DNA of 64,000 nt from the human T2T-CHM13v2.0 reference genome, Homo sapiens. This document shows positions 29,669-44,934 of this stretch, in pieces. Location of the stretch: the NCBI RefSeq assembly GCF_009914755.1, contig NC_060939.1; one strand, written 5' to 3'. Under the pieces are notes generated by a model, which ran no database searches, was not told the origin of the DNA, and was given only the letters and a program-made list of their open reading frames with translations. How positions within the stretch are numbered: position 1 is the first letter of the stretch; each line of letters begins with the position of its first letter. Position numbers and translations under genes: made by a program.

Positions 29669-29726
29669 CTTTTTTTGGAGTTCTTGGATATTGGTCTCCC
29701 AATTTTTGTCCTCCTGTGAGATCTGT
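29669..29726 (-). CDS. OCA2: OCA2 exon 17 (58 nt; QISQEDKNWETNIQELQKK)
   Basis: Peptide lies within ORF 29609..29902(-). Acceptor cttttAG|A, donor AAG|GTACCC. Confidence 0.97.
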
Positions 29727-30578
29727 CTAAAAGAGAAAAGAAGAGACTCATTACTTCCCTGGTCACGCTGCGCGGTGAGATCGCGGAGCAGCAGTCCCCA
29801 GCGCTTCGTGCCTGGACGCGGTCTGTGACTTGGAGCCTGGCTGGCAGGACTAGTCATGGGGGGCCGGTGGGGCTTCATTTGTTGGCTGGAAAAGGTGCTC
29901 ACTCTCTATTTTCCCAAAAAAATACATATAATGACCTGAATGATGAAAGGAGTGTGTGTGAGGAGGTACATGTGACAGCTTGCGCAGGGGAAGCTTCACG
30001 AAAACCCCGCAGCAGTGCATGGAGGAGGGCAGCGACCGTCAGTCTCTTTATTTTCCTCTTTATGCACACTTCTACGGTCCTGAATCTCTTTGTTTCCAAA
30101 ATGAGGGCACTGAACCTATACAACTATTACAACCAACTAAAGAAAAACGTGGTAAAAGAAATGTCACTTGCTTTAATGTTGTTTTTTATCAATCGATGAT
30201 CACTTCCACGCCTGAAATCCTAGGACTTTGGGGGGCCGAGGGGGAAGGATCACTTGAGGCCAGCAGTTGGGGAAGATCAGCTTTGAAGTCTTTTCTGTCC
30301 ATGCTGCTCCTGCCGGGGTGGTCTCCTCCCGCCTGTTTCAGCCCCTTCAGTGGCTCCCACTTGCCCCTTCTTTTTCATGTTTCTGACTCAGCCCACCCCT
30401 CCTGGCTGACTTCCTCCCAAACCAATTAGGGAAAAGGGGCTGCACAATGAAGAATGCAGTTTTAGTATCAAAAGAGGCTGACCACACAGGCAGTCTGGGT
30501 CGTAAGAAATCACAGCAGACACAGTCGAATGATTCTGAGGACAATTTTTAAAAAGAAAATGTAAAAATAAGACTTGCA

Positions 30579-30872
<294 letters not shown>

Positions 30873-31799
30873 CCTGCAGAGCTCGACCTTGCTTTAGGAC
30901 ACCCTCATGGTAATCTGCTTCTCAGCAACTGTGTGGCCTTGGGAAGCCACGCCCTCCCCAGGTCTGTTTCCTCATGTGTGACTAACACCAGAGGAGCTGA
31001 TGGGAACGTGGTGAGCCTCGGAGCCCACATGTTTCCTCATGTTTGTAACCTGAGATGCACTGAGTGTGTCTTTAACACCCAACACCAGCACAATTTATTC
31101 CATCTTTAGTTTATGAAGCGTCTCCTTTAAGATCTGTGCTTGCTGCCAAAGTTGGTCATTCTTTCCCCAGCCTGTAACTCAGGGCCTCCCTGTGGCCTGA
31201 GGACACTGGTCCTGCTGCTCCAGCATTACTGGGCGAGATGGGTCCCGGACCGGGGATGAAGCCAATGGCACTGAGCCGGCACTTCATCCCGGGATTGTGT
31301 GGGACTCCATGTGACTGCCTGTGAATCCTCCCACTAACAGACCAGACCTTGAGACACCCATGCAGGGTGACCCCTCAGTGCACAGCGAATGGCAACAGGC
31401 AAGACCATTCTAGATTTTGTTCATAAGGGTTCACATTTCCCCTTGCCTAGATGGACATCTCCACCCCCTCTCAGCTCAGCTGTGGGGACGCTTCAGCTTC
31501 AGCATCCCTTGGGGGGCCACCAGGCTCCTGCTTCTTCTGTCTGAGCTTCCAGAACAAAGACTGCTTGGAACTCAGCAACATGTCATAGCAAGGAGAAAAA
31601 CCACCAATTCATGGTTACCCTTTAAATCTCAGCTTCAATTAACAACGAATGCCAGGAAACAAATTGAGTGGGGCTTTCATATTCTTGCAGGTGCCTGAAA
31701 ATCAACTGCTGGCAGAATATTTTGTCAAATTAGTCTTTGCATTAATGGTTTTTGGTTTTTGTCGTGCAACAATTACAATGTAGAGAGATGGGACAGCCC

Positions 31800-32286
<487 letters not shown>

Positions 32287-32450
32287 TCAGATATCAGCAA
32301 CACCCTCCTCTGTTCCCCACACAGTCGATGCCTGACAGAGCAGACACACACTCGAGACGTGCAGGTAGCCCAGGGTCACCCAGAGCTTCTCAGCACCTGA
32401 GCTATTGCAATGGAGCCCAGACGACAAAGCCGACATTTAAAAATTATCAC

Positions 32451-32716
32451 AAATTGCAAGGACAAAAAACCAAACACCACATGTTCTCACTCATAGGTGG
32501 GAATTGAACAATGAGAACACTTGGACATAGCAAGGGGAACATCACACACCAGGGCCTGTTGTGGGGTGGGGGTAGGGGGCAGGGATAGCATTAGGAGATA
32601 TACCTAATATAAATGACGAGTTAATGGGTACAGCACACTAACATGGCACATGTATACCTACGTAACAAACCTGCACGTTGTGCACATGTACCCTAGAACT
32701 TAAAGTGTAATAAAAA
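32451..32716 (+). mobile_element. 5'-truncated L1PA4/5-like element, TSD aaaaattatcac
   Basis: L1 3'UTR 'catgttctcactcataggtgggaattgaacaatgagaacac'. TSD at 32439-32450 and 32717-32728. Confidence 0.93.
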
Positions 32717-35102
32717 AAAAATTATCACGAAAGCGAAGTAATGCAATTTCAACACTTTCAGTGAAGAATAAATTCCTTTCTTGAACCAACACATCAAAGC
32801 TAGCACCCAACAACATTTCCCCTTCTTGCAGGAAATATTTCGGATCTGCTTCCAGCCAAAATCTAGACATTGCCCAATCTTTGAGGGGTTTCAGGAGCAG
32901 ATCTAGTGAAAATTGAAAACACAAGTGTAATTCTCAGGAGAAGGTGCTCAGCGCTCTCCAACAGGGCATTTGGTAAGCAGCAGAAGACAGGGAGGCGCCC
33001 TCCAACCAGGCGCCACTGAGCTGTCTCTGACACAGGCGAAAGAGAGAGGTAGATGACTTGATGAGATGCTGAAATCTATAGAATGAGCAGAATTTTCACC
33101 CATCACTGAATTCAGACACCTTCTGATAGAGAAGAGTAGAGAGGAAATGATGTGTCAATTCATTGCCTCTTAAGATATTCAAATATTTCATGAAAACCTA
33201 CATTTAACCTCTATTTTACTGTTAAAAACATTACATATGTTTCTCAAAATATCCATTAAAAGAATATAAGAAAGCACAATATTTTCATGAACCATCCCTT
33301 ACGTGCAATACTCCACACTGCCTATAGCAAGAATTAAAGATAGGATGAAAAGACAAAGCCTTTCAAGCAGGCGCTGGGGCACTGGAAGAGCAGCTCGGGG
33401 CAGATTCAAGGCATGGTGATCACCCGAAGACCTGGGAAGCAGCATGAACATCGTGGGTTCAGTGGAATGGGAAAACGCCACCTTTTAAGCCCCTTCTGTT
33501 CAGTACGTGAGTGCTCATCACCCACTGCGTGGCAGACCTACTGCAACAACAAAGATGAGTTAGGCAGAGGGAGGCAGTCTGGAAACGAAGCATGTCATGA
33601 CTCAGAGAGAATGCGCAGAGCCTGGGAGCACCAGAACTATTTCAGTTAGCACATGGCTTTCTCTAAAGCTTCAGCCCTACCAAGATGAAAACCTTTAGAA
33701 CTAAGATACATAATATGTTTTCATTCAGTACATATGGATGCTTTGTAGCTTACTAAAATAAAAGGAACTTGGGTATAATTCAAAGGCCTCTTCAGAGAAA
33801 CAGATCCAAAATTTCCTCTTGAAAAGTCTCACACTTCGTTAAACCACCTATGAGGCTATGATAACATAAAAAGAAAGGGGAAGAGGAAGTGAAGGAAAAA
33901 AACTAATGAACTCACTCTCTGAAACACTGAACACAAAAACACCATCTGTGGAAGGTCTCCAATGTAAGTTCAGACAGAGCCAGTATTTCATCCAGTGCTC
34001 TAAATCTTGCTAAAAGCCCGTCCATAAAGTACCAGAGACTTTCCAGCCATTCTCTAAAGGCATCACGGTGAAGGGCCACTTTCTGAAGCAGCTGATCAGC
34101 TTTAAAGTGCTCACACCTCTGCGTGGTTCATCTCTGGTGCCAGCCCCTGGGTGCGGGCTGGAAGTCTCTCCATGCCTTTATGTTTGGAGAAGCAAAGCCT
34201 GGGAACCAAGGCTATGCTGGTGGAGCTGACCTCCCAGTCTCTGTGCGACTACTGCAGGTGCTTACTCTCCAGTGGAGCCTCAGCCACCTTCATGCACACC
34301 CAGCACCTACCTGCCTTCTAACCCATAAAACCAAAAAGGAAGTGCTGCTCCACTCAGATCAACCCACGCATTAATACTCAGGTAGTACACTTTTGTATTC
34401 CTAGTTGTGGAATGTAATATACAAATTATGAAGGAATTTAGTCGGGAGGGATTTTGCCCAGAAGGGTTCACCCAGAACTCAGTTTACCAAAACCTGTCCA
34501 TGTATCAGTTCCCAGGCTTCCTCTGCACCTCCTCTGTCATTTCCCCACCCTGTCTACTCTGCTGAGGTCCAAGACCATAGACCCAGCTGGCTACCCAATA
34601 TTTCCCTCTGAACCCTGTGCTGCAAACTCATAGCTAAACACTTTATCTTCCTCCCATAAAGTTTCTCTCCTACCCTTACCTTCTTAGTTTTTATATAATG
34701 CAATTGCTCTTCCAGGTACACAAGACTGAAATGTCATCCTGGTCTTGTCAATGTCATTCTCTTTTATATTTCCACATTAACATTATTGTGTCACAGGTGT
34801 CAGATCTGTGTTTGATGCTAAAGGATAAAATTTCATTGGTAAGTTACAAGATGGCCTTCCAAAACTGGAAAGAGATATAAGATATATCATAAATAAACAT
34901 ACGCTAGGGTAGTGTGAGCCTCAAGAGCCACCCAGGATATGCTGGCACAGCTCTTGCCTTGTCTGCTTCTTCCTGTCCTAGGTTACCTTCTTGTCCAGGC
35001 CTCACCCTCTCACATTTCTTAATTCTTATTGTTCCTTAGTAACCTTTAACTACAGTCACTTGCTATAAACCTGCCCCTGCTTAATCATAAAACACCATTT
35101 GC

Positions 35103-35148
35103 TCTATCTATCTATCTATCTATCTATCTATGTATCTATGTATCTATC
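35103..35148. repeat. (TCTA)n tetranucleotide STR with TGTA interruptions
   Basis: Read directly from the sequence. Confidence 0.92.
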
Positions 35149-35151
35149 TCC

Positions 35152-35436
35152 CGCCTGTAATCCTAGCACTTTGGGAGGCTGAGGCGAGCAGATCACCTGA
35201 GGTCGGGAGTTCGAGGCCAGCCTGGCCAATATGGTGAAACTCCGACTCTACTAAAAATACAAAAAATTAGCTGGGCATGGTGGCAGGCACCAGTAATCTC
35301 AGCTGCTTGGAAGACTAAGGTAGGAGAATTGCTTGAACCCAGGAGGTGGAGGTTGCAGTGAGCCAAGATTGCTTCACTCCACTCCAGCCTGGGCATGACA
35401 GAGCAAGGCTCCATCTCAAAAGAAAAAAAAAAAAAA
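35152..35436 (+). mobile_element. Slightly 5'-truncated AluS
   Basis: Starts at 'cgcctgtaatcc'. The A-tail runs directly into L1 sequence. Confidence 0.93.
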
Positions 35437-36540
35437 TGGTAACAAAAGCCAAAATTGACAAATGGGATCTAATTAAACTAAAGAGCTTCTGCACAGCAAA
35501 AGAAACTACCATCAGAGTGAACAGGCAACCTATAGAATGGCAGAAAATTTTTGTAATCTATCCATCTGACAAAGGGCTAATATGCAGAACCTACAAAGAA
35601 CTTAAACAAATTTACAAGAAAAAAACAACCCCATCAAAAAGTGGGCAAAGGATATGAGCAGACACTTCTCAAAAGAAGACATTTATGCGACCAACAAACA
35701 TATGAAAAAAAGCTCATTACCACTGGTCATTAGAGAAACGCAAATCAAAACCACGATGAGATACCATCTCACTCCAGTTAGAATGATGATCATTAAAAAG
35801 TCAGGAAACAACAAATGCTGGAGAGGATATGGAGAAATAGGAATGCTTTTACACTGTTGGTGGAACTGTAAACTAGTTCAGCCATTGTGGAAGACAGTGT
35901 GGCGGTTCCTCAAGGATCTAGAACCAGAAATACCATTTGACCCAGCAATCCCATTACTGGGTATATAACCAAAGGATTATAAATCATTCTACTATAAAGA
36001 CACATGCACACGTATGCTTATTGCAGCACTGTTCACAATAGCAAAGACTTGGAACCAACCCAAATGCCCATCAATGACAGACTGGATAAAGAAAATGTGG
36101 CACATATACACCATGGAATACTATGCAGCCATAAAAAGGATGAGTTCATGTCCTTTGCAGGGACATGGATTAAGCTGGAAACCATCATTCTCAGCAAACT
36201 AACACAGGAACAGAAAACCAAACACTGAATGTTCTCACTCATAAGTGGGAGTTGAACAATGAGAACACATGGACACAGGGAGGGGATCATCACACACCGG
36301 GGGCTGTCGGAGGGTTGGGGGCTAGGGGAGGGATAGCATTAGGAGAAATACCTAGTGCAGATGACAGGTTCATGGGTGCAGCAAACCACCATGGCATGTG
36401 TATACCTATGTAACAAACCTGCACATTCTGCACATATATCCCAGAACTTAAAGTGTAATTAAGAAATAAAATAAAATAAATAAAAATAAAAATAATTTAA
36501 ACATTTTTAAATTAATTAATTAAAATAATAAAACAAAATA
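35437..36540 (+). mobile_element. L1PA (about PA7/8-like) 3' 1 kb: ORF2 C-terminus remnant and 3'UTR
   Basis: Track ORFs give L1 ORF2 peptides [33 protein letters not shown] and MEYYAAIK, with frameshifts. Confidence 0.95.
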
Positions 36541-37059
36541 AATCTATTTCCCAGATGATAGGAAGATGACTGATATTTATCTAGCTATCATCTTCCTAGA
36601 TCTATCATTTCCTAGATTAGATGATAGATTACAGATAGATAAATAGAAGATAGACAGATAAATTCCTTCTTTCAAATATCCAGTAGTTCCCCGTGGCCTG
36701 TAGAATAAAGCTAAAGATGTCAAAGATCTTCAGAGAAGACTCAAAACCCCAAATGCCCAGCACCATTGTGAGCTCTGATTCTGCCATATAAGTTTCAACT
36801 CTTTGTCTTTGCCACCCTAGCCTCTTACTAGGAGACATCATCAGATATCCCATGTCTTACCTCTCTATCAGCCTCTATCTTTCTGAGCTTCTCAACCAAC
36901 TTCTGATGGTATTACTTAGAGTGGCCACATACATGTTTCAAACAGGCAAAGAAAGTGCCGTGTGGGATGTGCTCTGACACAGGAGGTGATGGCTTCCAGG
37001 GAAGCCTAGAGTAGTGAGCTCAGAGCTGGGAATCTCAGGAGAAGAAGCCTAGGCCAGAA

Positions 37060-38850
37060 AGAGAGAAATGGAACTATACTAGTGTTAAGTTCTTCTACTG
37101 TATGTTAGGTAGTATAATATCGCTCAAAGTTAGTGGTATAATAGTCACTAAAATCACAAAACAGAATTAAAGCCAAAAAAAGTAACAACCAACAGAGGAG
37201 AAAATATAGAATGTATTTAAATACTCAATTAATTCAAAAGAAGGCATAAATGAAGAAAAGGGTAATAATGAAGCACAAATATAAAACAATAATATGATGT
37301 TACACTTAAATTCAATCGCATCACTAAGCACATTAAATATAAATGGTTTAAGAGACAGACTATCAGAGTAGATAAAAAATCAAGATGCTAATATATGCTG
37401 CTTACAAGAACTGTACTTTAAAGATATAAATAAGTTAAAAGTAAAAAGATGGAAAAAGATACACCACACTAACACTAGTCAAGAGAAAAATGAAATTGTT
37501 ATATTAACAACAAAGTATATTTCAGAGCAAAGAATATTATCATGGATCGCAAAGATTGTTTTTATAGCAAGGTGTTAAATCATCAAGATGAAAGAACAAT
37601 CCTAAATATTTATGTGCCCTAATAGTAAACTTTTAAAATGCATAAAGCAAAATAATAGAATTACAAAGAGAAATAAACAAATCTATAATCAACCTTAGAC
37701 ACGTCTGTATCCATCTCTCAATAATTAAACAAGTAGATAGAAAATCAGCAAGAATATAGAATACTTGAATAACATTATCAGCCAATCTGACCTAAGCTAT
37801 ATAATTGACATCACTGAACATCCCTCCTAACAAGAGCAGAATACGTTTTCATTTCTAGTGCACACAGAATGTTTACAAAGGTAGACCACATTCTATAGCC
37901 ATACAAGCCTCAATAAATGTTAAAGGATTCAAGATTTATGAAATATATTCTCTTACTACAGTGGAACTAAATTAGGTAACTGCAAAAACTTTCCCAAATA
38001 CTTGGAAGGTATATAAACCATCTAAATTATCCAAGGATCAAAGAAAAAATAAAAAGATGCATTATAAGATAATTTGAACTGAATGAAAATGAAATAAAAA
38101 TAATAAATTAGTGAGAGGCCACTAAAGTAATACTTAGAAGGAAATTTAGAGCACTAAAGGCCTATATTAGAAAATAAGATGCACATAAAATCAATAACCT
38201 TAGCCTCCACTTTAAGAAACCAGTGAAAAAATAAGCAAGCCTGAAAGTAAGCAGAAAAAAAATAAATAAAGAGCACAATAGACATTATTAAAAGAGAAAA
38301 AAATTGTAGAGAAAAATCTATATAATCAAAAGCTGGTTCTTTGAGATCAATAAAATTGATAAACCAACCAAAGAGAGAGAGAAGACACAAACTATCAAAC
38401 TACCAACATCAGGAATGAGAGATATGACATTATCAAAAATTTGATAGCCCTTAAAAGGATAATGAAAGAATATTATGAACAATTTTATAACAATACATTC
38501 AACAACTTAGATTAAATGGACAAATTCCTTGAAAGACACCAACTACCAGTCAACACTCAAGGAGAAACAGATAACTTGAATAGCCATCCCTATATGTATA
38601 TTAAGGGATTTGAATTTGTAGTTAAAAACCTTTCCACAAAAACATCCAGGCCTATAAATGTCCAAATAAACATTTAAGAAAAAAGTAATAGCAATTCTAC
38701 AGAAATTCTTCCAAAAAATTGAAGATGAGGAAATATTTCCATATTCCTCCTATGAGGACAACAAAAAAGACATTACAAGAAAGGAAACTACAATCAAGAT
38801 CCCTAATGTACACAAAAACAAAATGCTAAACAAAGTATTAGCAAGAAGCA
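37060..38850 (+). mobile_element. Old L1M fragment (ORF2 endonuclease to early RT region, decayed)
   Basis: 'atatgctgcttacaagaactgtactttaaa', 'agctggttctttgagatcaataaaattgataaacc', 'aaatggacaaattccttgaaagacac'. Confidence 0.8.
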
Positions 38851-40420
38851 GCATGAGTTGAACATTTGGTGATCAGAGGGATAGGCTCTGGTGATTATTG
38901 TTCTTTTCACCATGTAAGTCATGCTCTCTCCCATTCTGAGCACCTGGCAGGCTGGCCTGTCCTGGTCCCTTGTGACTGGGTGGGGCCTGCCTGTGTCACT
39001 GGATGGCAGAATGGGACCATGCTATTCTCTTTGCCTTCAAGGCTAGCCGCTCAGGACTCTAAGAACAGATGATGATCAGGGCCCCTGCCAGTCCATTGGG
39101 GAGGGGGCGGGGGGTACAAAGCCAACACAAGGAAGAAAACACAGTTCTGGAAGTCACTGAGATTTCAGGGTTACTTTTTCACTGCAACATAACCAAGCCT
39201 GTTCTGACAATGCTCTGTACACCACCACAGGCCTGCTAAACTCAGATCTCTTGAGTGGGGCTTGGGAATCTGCAGTTTTACCCACCACTCCAAATTTGGA
39301 GCCCTCTAAGCCCCACAGTGGCACAGAGCAATCACCCCACCTTGCACTGCTGGTCTTAGCCCGGCCATAGGGTTCCTGCATCACCAGGTGTGTCCACTTC
39401 CAACCATCACTCCCCACTTCCCTCGAAGCTTTTCTCTGTTCCTTACTCAGGAACGGTGAGGAATTCATTACAGAGATTATTTTCTGTGTGTCTAAATCTG
39501 TGTATCCCAAATTCATCTCAAGATTAGACTCTTCAGGACAGCTTACTAACAACACAGAATTCCTGGGGATGACGCTGAAAATCTGCATATACAACAATTG
39601 TCCCAGGTCACTGTGATCACCAGGGAGGTTGGGAGAGGCTGGCATAGTTGGGCAGGATGACGGTTGAGCTCTCCACTAAGACACAGCTGTGCACACACAA
39701 GCTCCAAGAGACAGGACAATTATCCACCACGATCACAGTCTCCTTCACTCTCCCTTAGTTCTAACATTTTCATCAGAAAAAGAAACCTATATATTAATTT
39801 ATCTTACTTTGCATATATTAGTTGATTATAAAACATTCTAAACACCTCTAACTAGTTGTTATGGGTTGAACTAGGTCCAGCCCCCAGGTAAGATGAGTAG
39901 ATATTCCCAAGAACAAGCTTGTTTTGACAGATGAATCCTGAGGAGGAATGCAAAACAATGTTTTCTTAATGAGATTTTTTAAATACTCAAATTCTGAATA
40001 ACATGAAAGTCACACAGATCTGTCTTGGACAGTCAGCATCGGAGGAACTGGAGTATGGCAGGACCATGTCGTGGCCTCCAGCCACCCATGTGGAAATGGA
40101 ATCTGGGTATCTTATCCAGAACAAAGACAAACTGAGATCCTGTAAAACACAGGCCAGCAGAATCACAAAGGCTGAGAGAGATCAACATGCAATCCGTGAG
40201 CTCTACAAATTCCCAAAGAAGAGCGCCTTCATCTGCTGAGCTCTGGTCGCCTGATGCCCCTGTTACCCAGGCAACCTGCACAGCATCCATATTCTGGAGC
40301 TCGTCAAGGAAAGGCTGCTTGTTTCCCAAATAATCTATTGTTCCTAATATATTCTAATCAGTAATGATCTCAGTAAAACATCTACTAAAGTGTTTTAGTG
40401 ATGAAAATGCAAAACGATAA

Positions 40421-40824
<404 letters not shown>

Positions 40825-41170
40825 TTATGTTGCTGTTATTTCCAGTCATATTTAAGACTCAAGCTATGATACACTATTAGAGCACTGCAGTCTATATGTT
40901 AGTGTATTTGTACCATATACACGTGGCTTTAGGGGGTTATGACATGTGAGTTGTACATGGTGGCCATTACTTCCCACATTTTACCACAGTACACTTCACA
41001 GAAAACTAAAGAGGCACAGCTCATGATAGCAGCCCTGAAAACAGTGTATACTAGAAGGTGGACGTGGAGAGTCACTGGTATTGAGCATCCAGCAACCCAT
41101 CAACAGATACTTCCTGATAAGAACTTCTCCTGGTAAACAAACAATATTATGGTCATGAAATCTGAGCCTA

Positions 41171-41738
<568 letters not shown>

Positions 41739-42304
41739 TCACCAGGAGTTCCAGGACCTTAGGCAGAGGTCCTGGAGCCCAACACAAAGCCCACGAAAGA
41801 CCACGGATTCCTTACCATGATTTTGAAAATTGTTAACGTTTGTTTCTTTCATGTCGAAAACCAAAAACCAATTCTTACACAAATGACAAGCCATCATAGG
41901 AAGAAACAAAAACAGGCTACCACATCTAACTCAACCTTGGCTTGGTCCATCTTCACCACTAGATTGATGCCTTCCCCAAGATAGGGTGAAAAAAGACTGA
42001 ATGGGACAAAATACTAAACTATATGATAATATTTGCCCATTTAAAGGTAAGTTGAATTTTTAAACACTTCATTTAAGTCCCTGCCATCGGTTTGAAAGTG
42101 TCCTCGTGGCTGGAGAGCACAGCCCTTTGCAGGGCACTCAGGGCCCATCAGGGCTGGGATCGCTTAGAGCATGGGGACCAGCCGCAGGGACTCAAGCAGG
42201 AACCTCTCCTTCCCGGCACGCTTCCTTTGCCTGCCTAGGGCTCTGCACGTGGCCGGCCACTGAGGGTATCTTTAGAGTTGGGCAAATCCCCACTAGGTTG
42301 ATTT

Positions 42305-42665
42305 GTCCTGGAATAAGTCAGCGGCGTCATTGGTTGGTTCTGTTCTTTCACACACAAACGTCCTGGAATAAGTCAGCAGCATCATTGGTTGGTTCTGTTC
42401 TTTCACTGACGTCCTGGAATAAGTCAGCAGCGTCATTGGTTGGTTCTGTTCTTTCACTGACGTCCTGGAATAAGTCAGCAGCGTCATTGGTTGGTTCTGT
42501 TCTTTCACTGGCGTCCTGGAATAAGTCAGCAGCGTCATTGGTTGGTTCTGTTCTTTCGCTGACGTCCTGGAATAAGTCAGCAGCGTCATTGGTTGGTTCT
42601 GTTCTTTCACAGACGTCCTGGAGTAAGTCAGCAGCGTCATTGGTTGGTTCTGTTCTTTCACAGAC
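42305..42665. repeat. 51-bp minisatellite (VNTR), 7 copies
   Basis: Unit GTCCTGGAATAAGTCAGCAGCGTCATTGGTTGGTTCTGTTCTTTCACTGAC starting at 42305, 42360, 42411, 42462, 42513, 42564 and 42615. Confidence 0.97.
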
Positions 42666-44934
42666 CATGTGCTTTTACACCTTCAGCACATCTGTGCAGG
42701 CACCTCCTGAGCCCCCAGCAGGACAGATGAGGCTCTTATCCCCATGAAGCTGGCCATCTGGCAAGAACTCAAGGTCTTTTCTGTAGTGTCCATGAATCAC
42801 AGGTGCCACAAAGGGGGTCAGAGGCACAGTGACAATGCACGACCATGGGGAATGACAGGGGCAGGGTGGGAGGGACCACGGGCAGTCCAGCTCTGCCTTG
42901 GGACCCTTAGGAACCTCTTACATAGGTAGAGGGGTGGCAAGTCACACAGAACGTTAGTGAGGATCCCACGTTGGGAGTTTGGAAAATCACCTTCCAAAGG
43001 TCTGGGTTTGAGTGATTTAAACTATATTAATTGTTCCTTATTAAAATTTATGTATTTTTCCTCTCACTTTTAGAAAATATGTGAAATCACTTTCAACATT
43101 ATTAAAGATACAACACAACTAGAGGCCATTATCAATGAAGTTGTGTAAAAGTTTAGAGCTTGCCAATATACAATAATCTGAAATGCTTAATCCCTTGCAG
43201 TTACCGGCACATCCAATGGTTGTCCTTGAAAACAGCATTACAAATGACAGGTGGAGCTATATAAGCTAATTCCTGGACAGATGGCAGGGAAACCACACAG
43301 AGGCGGGACTCATGGAATGCTTTGGGTGATCATATAGAAGAATTCACCACTTTCCCGATAGTTCTTCAATGGGGGTATTACATTGAATTTTGTGTTTATC
43401 TCTATAATTCATACCCCAGATATCTGAAAAAGATCCACGATACTTTTAGGGGCTTATGAAACTGTTTTAAATTCTTCTAAACTCAGAGGCAAAAAAAAAA
43501 AAAAAGGAACTGTTGCGTCAGAGAAAATGATTTAAACTATAGTACTAATATATTTATACACTAGCTGGGTCATGAAATGCAATTGTTAATATTTTTTAGA
43601 GAAAATGTCCCAAGAAGACAGAAGTACCTATATCCTGAGTAATTCTTGGTCCCTCTAGAACATAATAACTATAAAGTTTTGCCCCATTTGAAATGTTGGG
43701 GCAATTGGAGAAAAAAGTGATGAGTAGATAAAAGAAAAAAAAAAAAGTAAGGAGGTCCTGGGTGTGCGTCCACAGCAAAATGACACAGCACTGAGTGAAG
43801 CATTTGGTTGCTACTAGACTTGCGATGGGTGGATTCATCAAAAGAGCAATGATAAGGGAAAAATCCAAACTGATCACTTTAGGAAACAGGCAGATGCAGT
43901 GTGCAGTGGGATGCAGATGTTTGCACTAAGCTTATTAGGCGCAGGTATCTGGGACACCCTGCTGCTTTTACATGCCTCTGTAATTTCCTAGACTCTCGTC
44001 TGTGTTCCCAGTAACAAAACTATCCACCAGCACACTCACATCAATTCAGCGCCTAAATGCGCTCTTTCTGCTTCAAGGTGCCACTTCTGCTTTGTATTGT
44101 TTTATTATAGGCTCCATTCAGTCATTTTCTTCTTAATTTTCCCCACTGTCCTCATTTGATGGATTAAATGGCCAAATATTAGGCACGTAAACCAAACAAA
44201 AGAGGAACCCTCAATCAGATCAGAACATTCCCAGATTCATAATCTACATACATTTAAGGGGACACGCCTGAGGGACTTCTGGCCCACCAATATCATTTTC
44301 TAGGAATGACGCTTCAGGCTAGCTCTGTGACAAGTCAAAATGGTCCATTAGGTTGCAAAGGAGGGGCTCAAGCCAAAATGATTTCTTGAATTCTTCCATG
44401 TGAAAATTTAAAAAAAAAAAAAAAAAGCTTCTTATGAAGTGTTTAGCTGAATCTATTGAATATTTTAGTAAAATATGCATGGTGTAATTTGAAAATATAA
44501 TCCTGTCTAGATGGCCAGTAAGGAGAGGACCCAGCACTGCAGGAATGCGTGTGGGCCAGACGGGGGTGTGGGTCTCGCTGCTTGTAAGGGATCCATCAAG
44601 CATAGGTGCAGGGGTCCTGGCACACATGGGTCTAAAGGAAGAGCCTCTGGCAGAGACACAGATCCCAGCAAGCTGAAAACGGAGCAAGCCACGGAGGGGA
44701 TGAGCTTTGCTAGCCAGTGCTGATCTGAGAGGAGAAAAAGGTCAAAAACGAAGACCCCTGAGCCCACAGATATTAAATAGGTGTGTGGAAACCAACAAAC
44801 CAAAAAAAAACCCCATAAAGGAAATTCAGAGGGGGCCAGAGAGGCAGAGCAGGGCCCACAAGAGAGAGACACTGTCTCAATTAACACCCAAGGGAGTGGG
44901 GGAAAAGCAGTAGTGGAGGAGAAGCCAAAGAACT

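Noticed and set aside
35346-36228. Reverse-transcriptase-family (L1 ORF2) peptides
   Set aside because: This is a truncated, frameshifted L1 remnant, not an active element.
42106-42747. 213-aa repetitive ORF and two antisense repetitive ORFs
   Set aside because: They result from a 51-nt unit (a multiple of 3) with no stop in those frames. There is no other coding evidence.
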